A stretch of DNA of 64,000 nucleotides, taken from Candidatus Hydrogenedentota bacterium (GTDB taxonomy: Bacteria; Hydrogenedentota; Hydrogenedentia; Hydrogenedentales; SLHB01). Each line of letters starts with the position of its first letter. Position 1 is the first letter of the stretch. Made by a program: the position numbers and the translations under genes. Location: NCBI GenBank assembly GCA_963745075.1, contig CAVUWV010000018.1:64001-128000 (forward strand), given 5' to 3'. Positions 48,731 to 57,606 of the stretch are shown piece by piece. The notes below the pieces were generated by a model. It searched no databases. It worked only from the letters and a program-made list of their open reading frames with translations, and was not told the DNA's origin.

Positions 48731-49983
48731 GTACGCTTCATCCTTCTGCGCATGAACGCGGGTATGCCGAGATCCTCCTCGGACTCTCTCGGCGCAAACG
48801 GGGTGATGGTGTCGGAATAGTCCGGCGTTTCGGGTTCGGTGTTCGCGAAATCGTCATCGCTGAAGAGATACTGTTCCTGTGGTTCCGTGCGCGCGGCAAT
48901 CCACTCTTCCACGTCCGCCGAGGCGCTCGTTTCCACGGGTTCGTCGACGGCCGGAGGCGCGGGCTCTTCCACTTCCAAGGTAAGGGAGACCATGTCTTCG
49001 TCGCGCCGCCGGGGCATGGTCGCCTCGTAGGGGAAACCGGCCGCGATCACCGTGACCTGAATTTCGGGCGATGGTTCGTCATCGACCACGGCGCCGAAGA
49101 TGATATTCGCCTTGGGGTGAGCCGCCTTTTGTACGGTGGTAACCGCGTCCAACACTTCACGCATCCCCATGTCGCTGCCGCCTTTGACATTCACGATCAC
49201 ACCGACTGCGCCGTCGATGCTCGACTTCTCCAACAAGGGACAGATGATGGCTTCTTCCGCAGCGCGAACCGCACGCTTATCGTCCTCGGCGGTACCGATT
49301 CCCATTAACGCGCGGCCGCTGCTTTTCATAATGGTGCGCACATCCGCGAAGTCCAGATTAATCAGCCCCGGCAGGGTAATCAATTCGGAGATGGCGCGCA
49401 CGCCGTTGTGCAGAACTTCGTCCGCCAACCGGAAGGCGTTTAGAAAGGACACATTCTCGTGGCACAGGAGCGCCAAGCGGTCGTTGGGTACGACGATAAG
49501 GGCGTCAACCTGTTTTTCCAGGGTCTCAAGCCCGCGAAGGGCATTGTCCATCCGCCCGCCGCCTTCGAATTGGAACGGCAGCGTGACGATCGCGACGGTC
49601 AAGGCCCCGGTTTCTTTGGCGTATTCGGCCACGACGGGGGTGGCGCCCGTGCCGGTACCGCCGCCCAATCCAGCGGTGAGGAAGATCATGTCGGCGCCCA
49701 TGAGGACCTCGGTGATGCGTTCCCGGTCTTCTTTGGCGGCCAGTTCGCCCATTTCAGGTTTGGCGCCGGCGCCGAGACCGACTTTGCCGATCTGCAGACG
49801 CGTGCCCGCGGGCGAATGCTTGAGCGCCTGCGCGTCAGTGTTGATCGTAATGAAATCAACGTCCTTCATTCCGGCTTCGATCATGCGGCCGACCGCGTTC
49901 CCGCCGCCCCCGCCGATTCCGCACACTTTGATAACCGCCTGCTGATCGAAGGAGGAGAATTCGTCCGAAATCCCCATGCTCAT
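48727..49983 (-). CDS. ftsZ: cell division protein FtsZ
   Basis: GIGGGGGNAV, NTDAQAL, GGGTGTG, INLDFADV, C-terminal DLGIPAFMRR. Confidence 0.98.
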   Translation of the reverse strand: MSMGISDEFSSFDQQAVIKVCGIGGGGGNAVGRMIEAGMKDVDFITINTDAQALKHSPAGTRLQIGKVGLGAGAKPEMGELAAKEDRERITEVLMGADMIFLTAGLGGGTGTGATPVVAEYAKETGALTVAIVTLPFQFEGGGRMDNALRGLETLEKQVDALIVVPNDRLALLCHENVSFLNAFRLADEVLHNGVRAISELITLPGLINLDFADVRTIMKSSGRALMGIGTAEDDKRAVRAAEEAIICPLLEKSSIDGAVGVIVNVKGGSDMGMREVLDAVTTVQKAAHPKANIIFGAVVDDEPSPEIQVTVIAAGFPYEATMPRRRDEDMVSLTLEVEEPAPPAVDEPVETSASADVEEWIAARTEPQEQYLFSDDDFANTEPETPDYSDTITPFAPRESEEDLGIPAFMRRRMKRT

Positions 49984-50054
49984 TGCTCCATCTCCCAACC
50001 GTGTTGGCCGGCCCCATGCACCCGGCTCGCTTCCCTGCTTTTACTCGGTTTCAT

Positions 50055-50846
50055 TTATAGACACGCCACGTCGCCGTCAAACCGCAGGTCGACATACTCA
50101 TTACATTCCAACCGGCCGCCTTCGTATTTCCAGACGGTGTCCAGGTTCATCGCTTCCTGGAACGGTTTTCCGCGGCCCCAACGGATTTCGTACGGAAGTT
50201 CGTTGCAATACATCCGGATGTCGCTCGTGGAGGGCGCGGCGATCTCCGAAACGGTCACGCACGACGCCACGGAGGTCTGGGCAAAGGCCTGCCACACGTC
50301 GACGGCTTCGCGCAATGAAGGTTGTGTCAGGTGGTTTCCGGGCTCGACCTTGCCCAACCCCGGAACCTGGGTGATGAGAGGTCCAGGGTGGGAGCCGGCG
50401 GGATCGAGTTTCTCGAGCACGTTCAAGTTGATGTCGATGCCATAGAACTGGCTGCGCAAGGCCAGCGTGGCGACGGGAACGCGTTCTTCCACCGCGATGG
50501 ACACCATGTCGGGGAATACGCGGGTCACGCGGCAGCGCTCGATGTAGGGCATGGCGTTGACCTTGGACCGGATATCCGCCGCGGCCAGCAACAGGATGTT
50601 GTCTTCATTGGTGATGCCGGATATCGCTACGATCTCGTTCGCATCGACCAGATGGCTACCCACCACTTTGATGGTCTTGACGCGGAAGTACGTGGAATCG
50701 ATGACATACGTATACAGGGCATAGGCGGCTACACAGGCTACCGTCATGGCAAAGATCGTGGACAGAATCGAGTCAGCGTTCCGCCGGATCGATCGTTTGG
50801 CGACCGCGCGGCGCGAGGTGCGCTTCTTTTTGCTTTGCCGTGCCAT
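50055..50846 (-). CDS. ftsQ: cell division protein FtsQ/DivIB
   Basis: Basic N-terminus, TM, POTRA domain (FRVKTIKVVG...RVFPD...EERVP), YVDLRF. Confidence 0.88.
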   Translation of the reverse strand: MARQSKKKRTSRRAVAKRSIRRNADSILSTIFAMTVACVAAYALYTYVIDSTYFRVKTIKVVGSHLVDANEIVAISGITNEDNILLLAAADIRSKVNAMPYIERCRVTRVFPDMVSIAVEERVPVATLALRSQFYGIDINLNVLEKLDPAGSHPGPLITQVPGLGKVEPGNHLTQPSLREAVDVWQAFAQTSVASCVTVSEIAAPSTSDIRMYCNELPYEIRWGRGKPFQEAMNLDTVWKYEGGRLECNEYVDLRFDGDVACL

Positions 50847-52270
50847 CAGCAACGCCGGATTGCTTCCAGTATGGCGGGCGCGATGCGATTGATATTGCCT
50901 GCGCCGAGCACCAGCACCACGTCGCCTTCCTGCACGTCTGGCGCAAGCGCTTCCGCCACGGAATTCATGTCGGAAATCAGTTCGACGTGCGCCCAGCCCT
51001 TTTCGCGCGCGGCATTGACGATGAGTCCGGAATCGACGCCGGGCATGGGCTCTTCCCGGGAGGGATAGATGTCCGTGACGATCGCGCGGTCACAGATCGC
51101 CAATTCGCGGGCAAAGGCTTCGTAGAAGAACTTGGTGCGACTGTACAGATGGGGCTGAAAAACGGCGACAATACGACCGGGCTTCATCCACCGCACGGCT
51201 TCCAAGGTGCTGGCGATCTCGGTCGGATGATGGGCGTAGTCTTCGATGACGGCAACCCCGCGGCATTCCCCGCAGATCTGGAGGCGGCGGCGGACCCCAT
51301 CGTACATCTGCAATCCGTCGGCAATGTGGCCAAAATTCATCCCGAGACAGAGTCCCACTGCGCAGGCGGCCAGGGCATTGTTCACGTTGTGAGCGCCGAT
51401 CGCATTGAAGGTGAGAGCGCCCAGTTCCCCTACCCTCCCCAGCCGCTCGTCGTGGCTGGTGACGTCGACTCGAGTACACATGAGGGTTGTGGGCGCCGTG
51501 CCGTTGCTACCATTGCAGGGGCGCACATTGGTCCCACGAAGCAGCGCGCCTTCCTGTATGCCATAGGTCATGCACACGCTCTCAATGTCTTTGAGGATAC
51601 TCCGGCAGTTGGGGTCGTCCCAGCACACGATCGAGTAGCCGTAGAAGGGCACGCCATTGCAGAATTCGATGAAGGCGCGTTTGATATTGTCCAGCGTGCC
51701 GTAGTATTCGAGATGCTCGGCGTCGATGTTCGTGACCACGCCGATGGTCGGGTGCAAGCGGAGAAAGGAACCGTCGTGCTCGTCGGCCTCGGCCACGAGA
51801 TAGTCCCCAGTTCCCCAGCGCGCGTTGGTGCCGCTGCGATGGAGGATGCCGCCGATGATGCTGGTGGCGCCAAAGTTGGCGCGGTCCATGATGGCGCTGA
51901 TCATGGAGGTGGTCGTTGTCTTTCCATGGGTGCCGCCGACGGCGACGGCGTTGGATTTGAGTCGCATCAGATCCGCGAGCAATTCACTGCGATGGATGAC
52001 CGGAATGCCCCGGTCGCGCGCGGCGACCACCTCGGGGTTGTCCTCGGCGACTGCCGCCGAGACGACCAAGATGCCGGCGTCACCGACGTTTGCGGGATCA
52101 TGGCCCTCGTGGAAGCAAAGGCCGTACTGCTCGAGGCGTTGCGTGATCTCGCTGGCTTTCAAATCGGAGCCGGACACGGCATAGTCGAGATTCAAGAGGA
52201 TCTCGGCGAGACCGCTCATGCCGATCCCGCCGACCCCGACAAAGTGAACCTTTCGCTTCCGGCCGTTCAA
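50846..52270 (-). CDS. murC: UDP-N-acetylmuramate--L-alanine ligase
   Basis: HFVGVGGIGMSGLA, GTHGKTTT, EADEHDGSF, DYAHHPTEI, FQPHLYSRT. Confidence 0.97.
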   Translation of the reverse strand: MNGRKRKVHFVGVGGIGMSGLAEILLNLDYAVSGSDLKASEITQRLEQYGLCFHEGHDPANVGDAGILVVSAAVAEDNPEVVAARDRGIPVIHRSELLADLMRLKSNAVAVGGTHGKTTTTSMISAIMDRANFGATSIIGGILHRSGTNARWGTGDYLVAEADEHDGSFLRLHPTIGVVTNIDAEHLEYYGTLDNIKRAFIEFCNGVPFYGYSIVCWDDPNCRSILKDIESVCMTYGIQEGALLRGTNVRPCNGSNGTAPTTLMCTRVDVTSHDERLGRVGELGALTFNAIGAHNVNNALAACAVGLCLGMNFGHIADGLQMYDGVRRRLQICGECRGVAVIEDYAHHPTEIASTLEAVRWMKPGRIVAVFQPHLYSRTKFFYEAFARELAICDRAIVTDIYPSREEPMPGVDSGLIVNAAREKGWAHVELISDMNSVAEALAPDVQEGDVVLVLGAGNINRIAPAILEAIRRC

Positions 52271-52429
52271 CGCCCCACTCCTACCTCGCACAGCTCACCG
52301 TGGACCACGATACCCCGCGTACAGGCCCAAAACCTGCAACGGAGAGCGCGACGGCGAGTAACGCTCTCGAGAGAATCGATGGGTCCGCTTAGTAGAACCC
52401 AGAGAACCCAATATGTTGTGGCACCAGGC

Positions 52430-52458
52430 ATTATAGCACAAGTTTGCATACAAGTGAA
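52430..52458 (-). promoter_or_regulatory. promoter of murC operon
   Basis: TTCACT-N17-TATAAT with extended TG (TGCTATAAT) on - strand. Confidence 0.5.
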
Positions 52459-52748
52459 GGTACCTAAAATGAGATAAACCCAATATTTTGTGGTCATGTG
52501 GAGAGCAGGCGAGGCTCTATCCATTTCCTCTCAAACCACTGTCTCAAAATGACTTACCCCTGAGACACCCGAGAAGCCATTCGGAAATCGTCCGTCACTG
52601 TTGGTCTTGATCCGTTGACAAAGGAAATGGATTCCGCGTATCCCTCATGGCTTCCTGGTTCGACATGTTGCGCGGGGGAAACTTTCGCGGGAACGGGGAC
52701 ATTAATCTGAGAACTCAAAGCGGTTGACCTAGGAAGGAGGGGTGTGGG

Positions 52749-54308
52749 TTGTCGCGATTTCAATCCCCGTTCTGTCCAAACATCACGCCTGAGAAGGTAA
52801 CACGGCGCGGGTTCGGGTGCGTGATGCTTGGCGTGTTCCTGGGCGTATTGTCCGCGCAAGCTCAACCGATGGTTGGGCAGTATGGACTGTTCGAATTGAC
52901 CATCTCATCCCAGACGCACCATAAAAATCCGTTCACCGATGTCAATCCGGTCGCAACGGTGACTGGACCAGATGGTGCGTCACAGCGCGTACGTTGCTTC
53001 TACGATGGGGCGTCCGAAAACGGCGACGGGATTTGGCGTTTTCGATACATGCCCATGGCGACGGGTGATTACCGCTTCGCCGTCGAATCGGACGACTTGG
53101 AACTGGACGGTGCAACGGGTGCGTTTCGTTGCGTCGCGTCAAAACGCAGCGGACCGATTCGCCCCTCGTCGTTCAATCCGCACCTCACGGTCTATGCGAA
53201 CGGCGACAGCTATGTGCCAGTCGGCGATTGTGCGTTCTTCATTCTCTCCGACCAATGGGATCAGAAAAAACGGCTTACCTGGATTGACGACGTCGCGTCC
53301 AAAGGCGTGAACAAGGTGATCATGTGCATGGTCAACGACGATGGCCCCAGTGTGATGCCGTGGCTGGGCGACCGCCATGCGCGCGACTACACGCGCTTCG
53401 ACCTCGAACGGATGCGGGCATGGGAAGAGCTCGTGCAGCACATGGATGACCGGGGCGTCATCGCATACCTTTGGTTCTACTCCGACGACTCGTCTGCGAT
53501 ATATCCGCCCAAGAACAGCGACGTGGAGCGGCAGTATTTCGAATACATCGTGGCGCGGTTTGCAGCCTACGAAAACGTCGTATGGAATCTTGCGCTCGAA
53601 TACCGGGAGTACCGCGATGATGTCTGGGCGCGGGCCATGGCGGATCTCGTCAAAGAGGAGGATCCCTACGATCACCTCGTCGCGATTCATCTCGGGGAGG
53701 ACTTCCCGGAACCGCTCTATGGTTCCGCGATCGACGTGTATTCGTCGCAAACCCGCCCCCGGCCCATCAAAACACCCGAGGAAATCCGCGCGGCCGTTCA
53801 CAAGAACCAGGAGCAAACGAACGCCGCGGGCAAACCGATCATCTTCTGGACGGAGGAATGGTGTTACGAGCCCCGCGAAGATGAACGGGAAAGTGTGCTG
53901 AATCTCATGTGGACGTCCACGCTGCAAGGCGGCGGCTACACGATCATGAGCGGAAACTTCTGGAACCGAGAAGGGCAATTGAATTGGTGGAATGATTGCG
54001 ACGCGGTGTTCGCGATTCTCTTGCGACGGGTCCATCACTTCGAACGTATGCAGATCCACAACGAACTCGTGGAAGGCGGCGGGGAGTCGCGGTTCTGCAT
54101 GGCGAACCCCGGCGAGGAGTATCTGTTTCTCGTGACCGACGACGGCGAGTTAAAACTCAATCTCGACGAACGTTCCGACGCGATATCTGCGGAGTGGTGG
54201 GACATCGACACGGGTGAGGTGTCGCCGTTAAGACTTGAGGCCGACACGTTCACAAACCCGATTCCGGTTCCGTGCAAGCAGGCGGTGTTGCATCTGGCCA
54301 AACGGTGA
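52749..54308 (+). CDS. secreted DUF5060/DUF4038 glycoside-hydrolase-like protein
   Basis: Signal peptide; NPFTDV...FYDG...WRFRYMP...G-x-Y N-domain; YIVARFAAYENVVWNLALEY...DPYDHL; C-terminal ANPGEEY...WWD domain. Confidence 0.75.
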   Translation: MSRFQSPFCPNITPEKVTRRGFGCVMLGVFLGVLSAQAQPMVGQYGLFELTISSQTHHKNPFTDVNPVATVTGPDGASQRVRCFYDGASENGDGIWRFRYMPMATGDYRFAVESDDLELDGATGAFRCVASKRSGPIRPSSFNPHLTVYANGDSYVPVGDCAFFILSDQWDQKKRLTWIDDVASKGVNKVIMCMVNDDGPSVMPWLGDRHARDYTRFDLERMRAWEELVQHMDDRGVIAYLWFYSDDSSAIYPPKNSDVERQYFEYIVARFAAYENVVWNLALEYREYRDDVWARAMADLVKEEDPYDHLVAIHLGEDFPEPLYGSAIDVYSSQTRPRPIKTPEEIRAAVHKNQEQTNAAGKPIIFWTEEWCYEPREDERESVLNLMWTSTLQGGGYTIMSGNFWNREGQLNWWNDCDAVFAILLRRVHHFERMQIHNELVEGGGESRFCMANPGEEYLFLVTDDGELKLNLDERSDAISAEWWDIDTGEVSPLRLEADTFTNPIPVPCKQAVLHLAKR

Positions 54309-54654
54309 GGAACATCAGGGGCATCGCAACAAATATGCGTGTCAAAAACCCGATTCCTTCAACCGCGAGAAATTCCGATGAGTTTCCAGACGCCTGCCGG
54401 TGGGAACATCGGTCTCGATTGCACCCACGCTGAGATTTCCCGCGAACTGGATTTGTGTAGTCTCCATGCATCGCAGGCGCGACTCGGAGCGCGTCATCCC
54501 GCCCCGTTTGTCAAAGCTCGATTAAAATGTCCCCGGTGTTAACTCGTTAGAAATGTCCCCTGTTTTTTGTTTTCTGCTACAGTAGGTGGACTTGGCGGGA
54601 GGATAGGGCAACGCTGGAGAGCGACCTGAGCGCCCGTCAGGTGGATAGACGGTT

Positions 54655-54697
54655 CCGGGACAGCCACCCCGGGTGGGGTGGCTGTCCCGGCTTTTTG
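54655..54697 (+). terminator. perfect 16-bp hairpin with T-tract inside the IS
   Basis: CCGGGACAGCCACCCC-GGGT-GGGGTGGCTGTCCCGG-CTTTTTG. Confidence 0.6.
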
Positions 54698-54753
54698 TAA
54701 CCGGAATCCTGCAAAGCGAAAAACTCATTGGTTCTTTCCGATGCCACTGGCCA

Positions 54754-56016
54754 TCATGCCACGCGCCGCTTGCGCCATGGGTGGTCGTGGCGGGGTTTTG
54801 GTTTTGATGGGGGGGTGCTGGCCTTGGGCTTTTTCGCGGCGGGCTTGGCGGGTCTGCACGGCGGTTCGTCGAGTTGTTCATAGTCGAGTTTGTGACCGTT
54901 GTACACGAGGTGAATGCTTCCATCGAGCCAAGTGCGTACGAGGACCTTGTGCTTCGGTTTGGGCAAGTGCTTCTTGGTTTTGTGTATTTGGAAAAAGCGG
55001 TTTTGGTGACGAACGGTCCAGTCATTGCCCACGGTACGGTACTCTTCAAAGCAGAACACGTCGCGCAGGTCGACGTTCTTGGGGAGCCGACGGTGGAGGT
55101 TATGCGTCTTTTGTGCGGGACGGGCAAACTTTTCGTTGAGGTGGTCGACGAAGCCGTTTTCCAGTAAGGCATTGGTCTGCTCAATGGTGGTGATTTGGCG
55201 TAAGCGCAGTTCGTGGAACAGGCGGTCTTGATAGACGCCGTGATTGCGTTCCACCCGGCCTTTGGCTTGAGGGCTGTAGGCGGTAATGATCTGAATTCCC
55301 AGCTTTTTACAGGCTTTTCCGAAGCTGGTCAAGGGTTCTTCGTCCGCCAACTGCTCTTCCACCGTCGGTTCGCGCTCCGTGACATATACGGTCTTGCGGT
55401 CACAATACAGCGCCTTGGGGACGCCGTAACGCTCAATCCACTTCCACAGGGTCCGCATGGCAGCCTCGGTGGTTTCTTGGACATCCATCGTAGCCAAGGT
55501 ACGCCCCGTGGCGTCGTCCACCAGATTCATCAGACACGCTCGGGGATAGTCGGGACCGAACCAGGCGTGGTGACTGCCGTCGAACTGGACCAACTCTCCG
55601 AAGTGCTCCTTACGCGGCCGCCGCGTTCGATGGGGACCCCGTTTGCGGGCTCGTTGCCAAAGCCCCGCCGCAATCAGCCAGCGCCGCAGCGTCTCGTGGT
55701 CCAGCACCAAACCCTCCTCCGCCAGCTTCTCGGCCGCCAACGTCGGACCCATGCCCTTGTAGCGCTCCTCGTAACGCGCCAGCACCTTCTCCCGCATTTC
55801 CGGGGGCTTGGCCCGCGCAGACGACTTCCCGCGCCGCCGGTGAACCAGCCCTACATCTCCTTCCCGGCGATACCGCGCATACACCCGCTTACACTGCCGG
55901 TAGCTCAACCCCAGCATCTCCGCCGCCTCACGCAGCTTCAACGCACCACTCTTCACACGATCCAACACCGACTTGCGCGTACGCTCCTTGCGACTCATCA
56001 AAATGTCCCCTTCCAC
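54754..56016 (-). CDS. IS1202/ISNCY DDE transposase (intact)
   Basis: HTH (EAAEMLGLSYRQ), GELVQFDGSHHAWF, VDDAT, YCDR, SPQAKGRVER. Confidence 0.93.
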   Translation of the reverse strand: MEGDILMSRKERTRKSVLDRVKSGALKLREAAEMLGLSYRQCKRVYARYRREGDVGLVHRRRGKSSARAKPPEMREKVLARYEERYKGMGPTLAAEKLAEEGLVLDHETLRRWLIAAGLWQRARKRGPHRTRRPRKEHFGELVQFDGSHHAWFGPDYPRACLMNLVDDATGRTLATMDVQETTEAAMRTLWKWIERYGVPKALYCDRKTVYVTEREPTVEEQLADEEPLTSFGKACKKLGIQIITAYSPQAKGRVERNHGVYQDRLFHELRLRQITTIEQTNALLENGFVDHLNEKFARPAQKTHNLHRRLPKNVDLRDVFCFEEYRTVGNDWTVRHQNRFFQIHKTKKHLPKPKHKVLVRTWLDGSIHLVYNGHKLDYEQLDEPPCRPAKPAAKKPKASTPPSKPKPRHDHPWRKRRVA

Positions 56017-56229
56017 GCAGCCTCCTTTCTAAGGCCGCAACCATGGGGACATTTCTAATGAGTTTTCCAGGGGACATTATCAAAGAGTTTCGACAGTCAT
56101 CCGGCCCCGTTCTTGCTTCCTCGGACGCCTCCCCGATACACTACGCGGATATTGTGCGTCGCGGTGGAGCCGCGGTCACATCCACGGAGGCACGTGCGGG
56201 TACGGGCGTAGTTTGGCGGAGGAAGGATT

Positions 56230-57555
56230 ATGACCGAAGAGCATTCAATCAAGAAGATTCCATGGCACAGTGGGCTCAACGGATATCACTGGCTCGTGCT
56301 GGTGCTGGCATCTTGCGGCTGGCTGTTCGACACGATGGACCAGTGGCTCTACGTGCTGGCTCGCCAACCCGCCTTGCAGGAACTTACCGGTTTGACCGAT
56401 GTCTCCCAAATCTCGGGATGGGCGAACGGCATCTTCATTGCCGGCTGGGCGACGGGCGGCTTCTTCTTCGGGATGGTCGGCGATCGGCTGGGCCGAACGC
56501 GGACGATGGCCATCACCATCTTCATCTACGCGCTGTTCACCGGGATGAGCAGCTTCGCGCCGAACTGGCATATGTTCGCCCTGTTCCGCTTCTTGACAGG
56601 ACTCGGCATCGGCGGCGAATTCGCCGCGGGCGCCGCGCTCATTGCGGAATCCTTTCCGGATCATGCACGGCCGACGGCGCTGGGCATCATGCAAGCGGCA
56701 TCGGCATTTGGAAACATTCTGGCGGGCGCCATCAGCTATGCCGTGTTCAGTGTCGTCCCACAGGAAGGTGTCGATGCCATGGGGCTCCATTTGACGGGGT
56801 GGCGCGTGATCTTTCTCGTGGGATTCTTCCCGGCTCTTCTCGTCTTCGCGATTCAAATTTTCGTGAAGGAACCGGAGAAATGGAGCGCGGCCCGGGACAA
56901 GGCGCGCGCCGGCGATATCAAGCTGGGTAATATCACCCATCTCTTTTTGGAGCCTCGGCTGTTGCGCCACACGTTGATTGGTGTGGGCCTCGCGGCGGTG
57001 GGCGTGATCGGCTTCTGGGGCATCGGCACCTTCTCGCCGGACCTGCTGAGCGCCGCAATTAATCCCAAGAACCTGCCCGACTTGGTCGACATTACGAATC
57101 AACGTAAGAGTGTCGCTGTGATGATTCAGAATTTCGGCGCGTTCTTCGGCATCCTGGGATGGACGTGGCTCGCACAGCGCATCGGACGCAAGAAGACGTT
57201 CGCGGTGACGTTCCTGGCCTGCGCGGTTGCGGTTCCCGCGACGTTCTACTTGACGCGGTCCTACGCGACGGCCCTGATCATGTTCCCGATCATGGGATTC
57301 TTCACGACGTCTTTGTTCGGCGGCTACGCCATTTATTTCCCGGAACTCTTCCCGACGCGCCTTCGTGCCACAGGTACTGGCTTCTGCTACAACGTGGCCC
57401 GGTACATTGCAATCCTTGGCCCCACGACGATGGGATCGTTAAGCGCGTCCTATGGCATTCGCATGGCGGCAACGATGGTTTCCGTCGTCTTCATCTTGGG
57501 CTTGTTTGTACTACCGTTTGCACCGGAAACGAAGGACAAGCCGCTGGAAGAGTAG
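56230..57555 (+). CDS. MFS transporter
   Basis: GWLFDTMD, GDRLGRTR, RFLTGLGIGGEF, PELFPTRLRATG, PETK. Confidence 0.93.
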   Translation: MTEEHSIKKIPWHSGLNGYHWLVLVLASCGWLFDTMDQWLYVLARQPALQELTGLTDVSQISGWANGIFIAGWATGGFFFGMVGDRLGRTRTMAITIFIYALFTGMSSFAPNWHMFALFRFLTGLGIGGEFAAGAALIAESFPDHARPTALGIMQAASAFGNILAGAISYAVFSVVPQEGVDAMGLHLTGWRVIFLVGFFPALLVFAIQIFVKEPEKWSAARDKARAGDIKLGNITHLFLEPRLLRHTLIGVGLAAVGVIGFWGIGTFSPDLLSAAINPKNLPDLVDITNQRKSVAVMIQNFGAFFGILGWTWLAQRIGRKKTFAVTFLACAVAVPATFYLTRSYATALIMFPIMGFFTTSLFGGYAIYFPELFPTRLRATGTGFCYNVARYIAILGPTTMGSLSASYGIRMAATMVSVVFILGLFVLPFAPETKDKPLEE

Positions 57556-57606
57556 CTCCCGCAACGATTCGATCCACATCAAGGGCGGCCCAACGGCCGC
57601 CCTTCT

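Larger units (their letters stand above)
54509..56095 (-). mobile_element. IS1202-family (formerly ISNCY) insertion sequence with 16-bp target duplication
   Basis: TGT...ACA ends; two AATGTCCCC motifs in each end; flanking DR GTCATCCCGCCCCGTT (54493-54508) / GTCATCCGGCCCCGTT (56096-56111). Confidence 0.9.
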
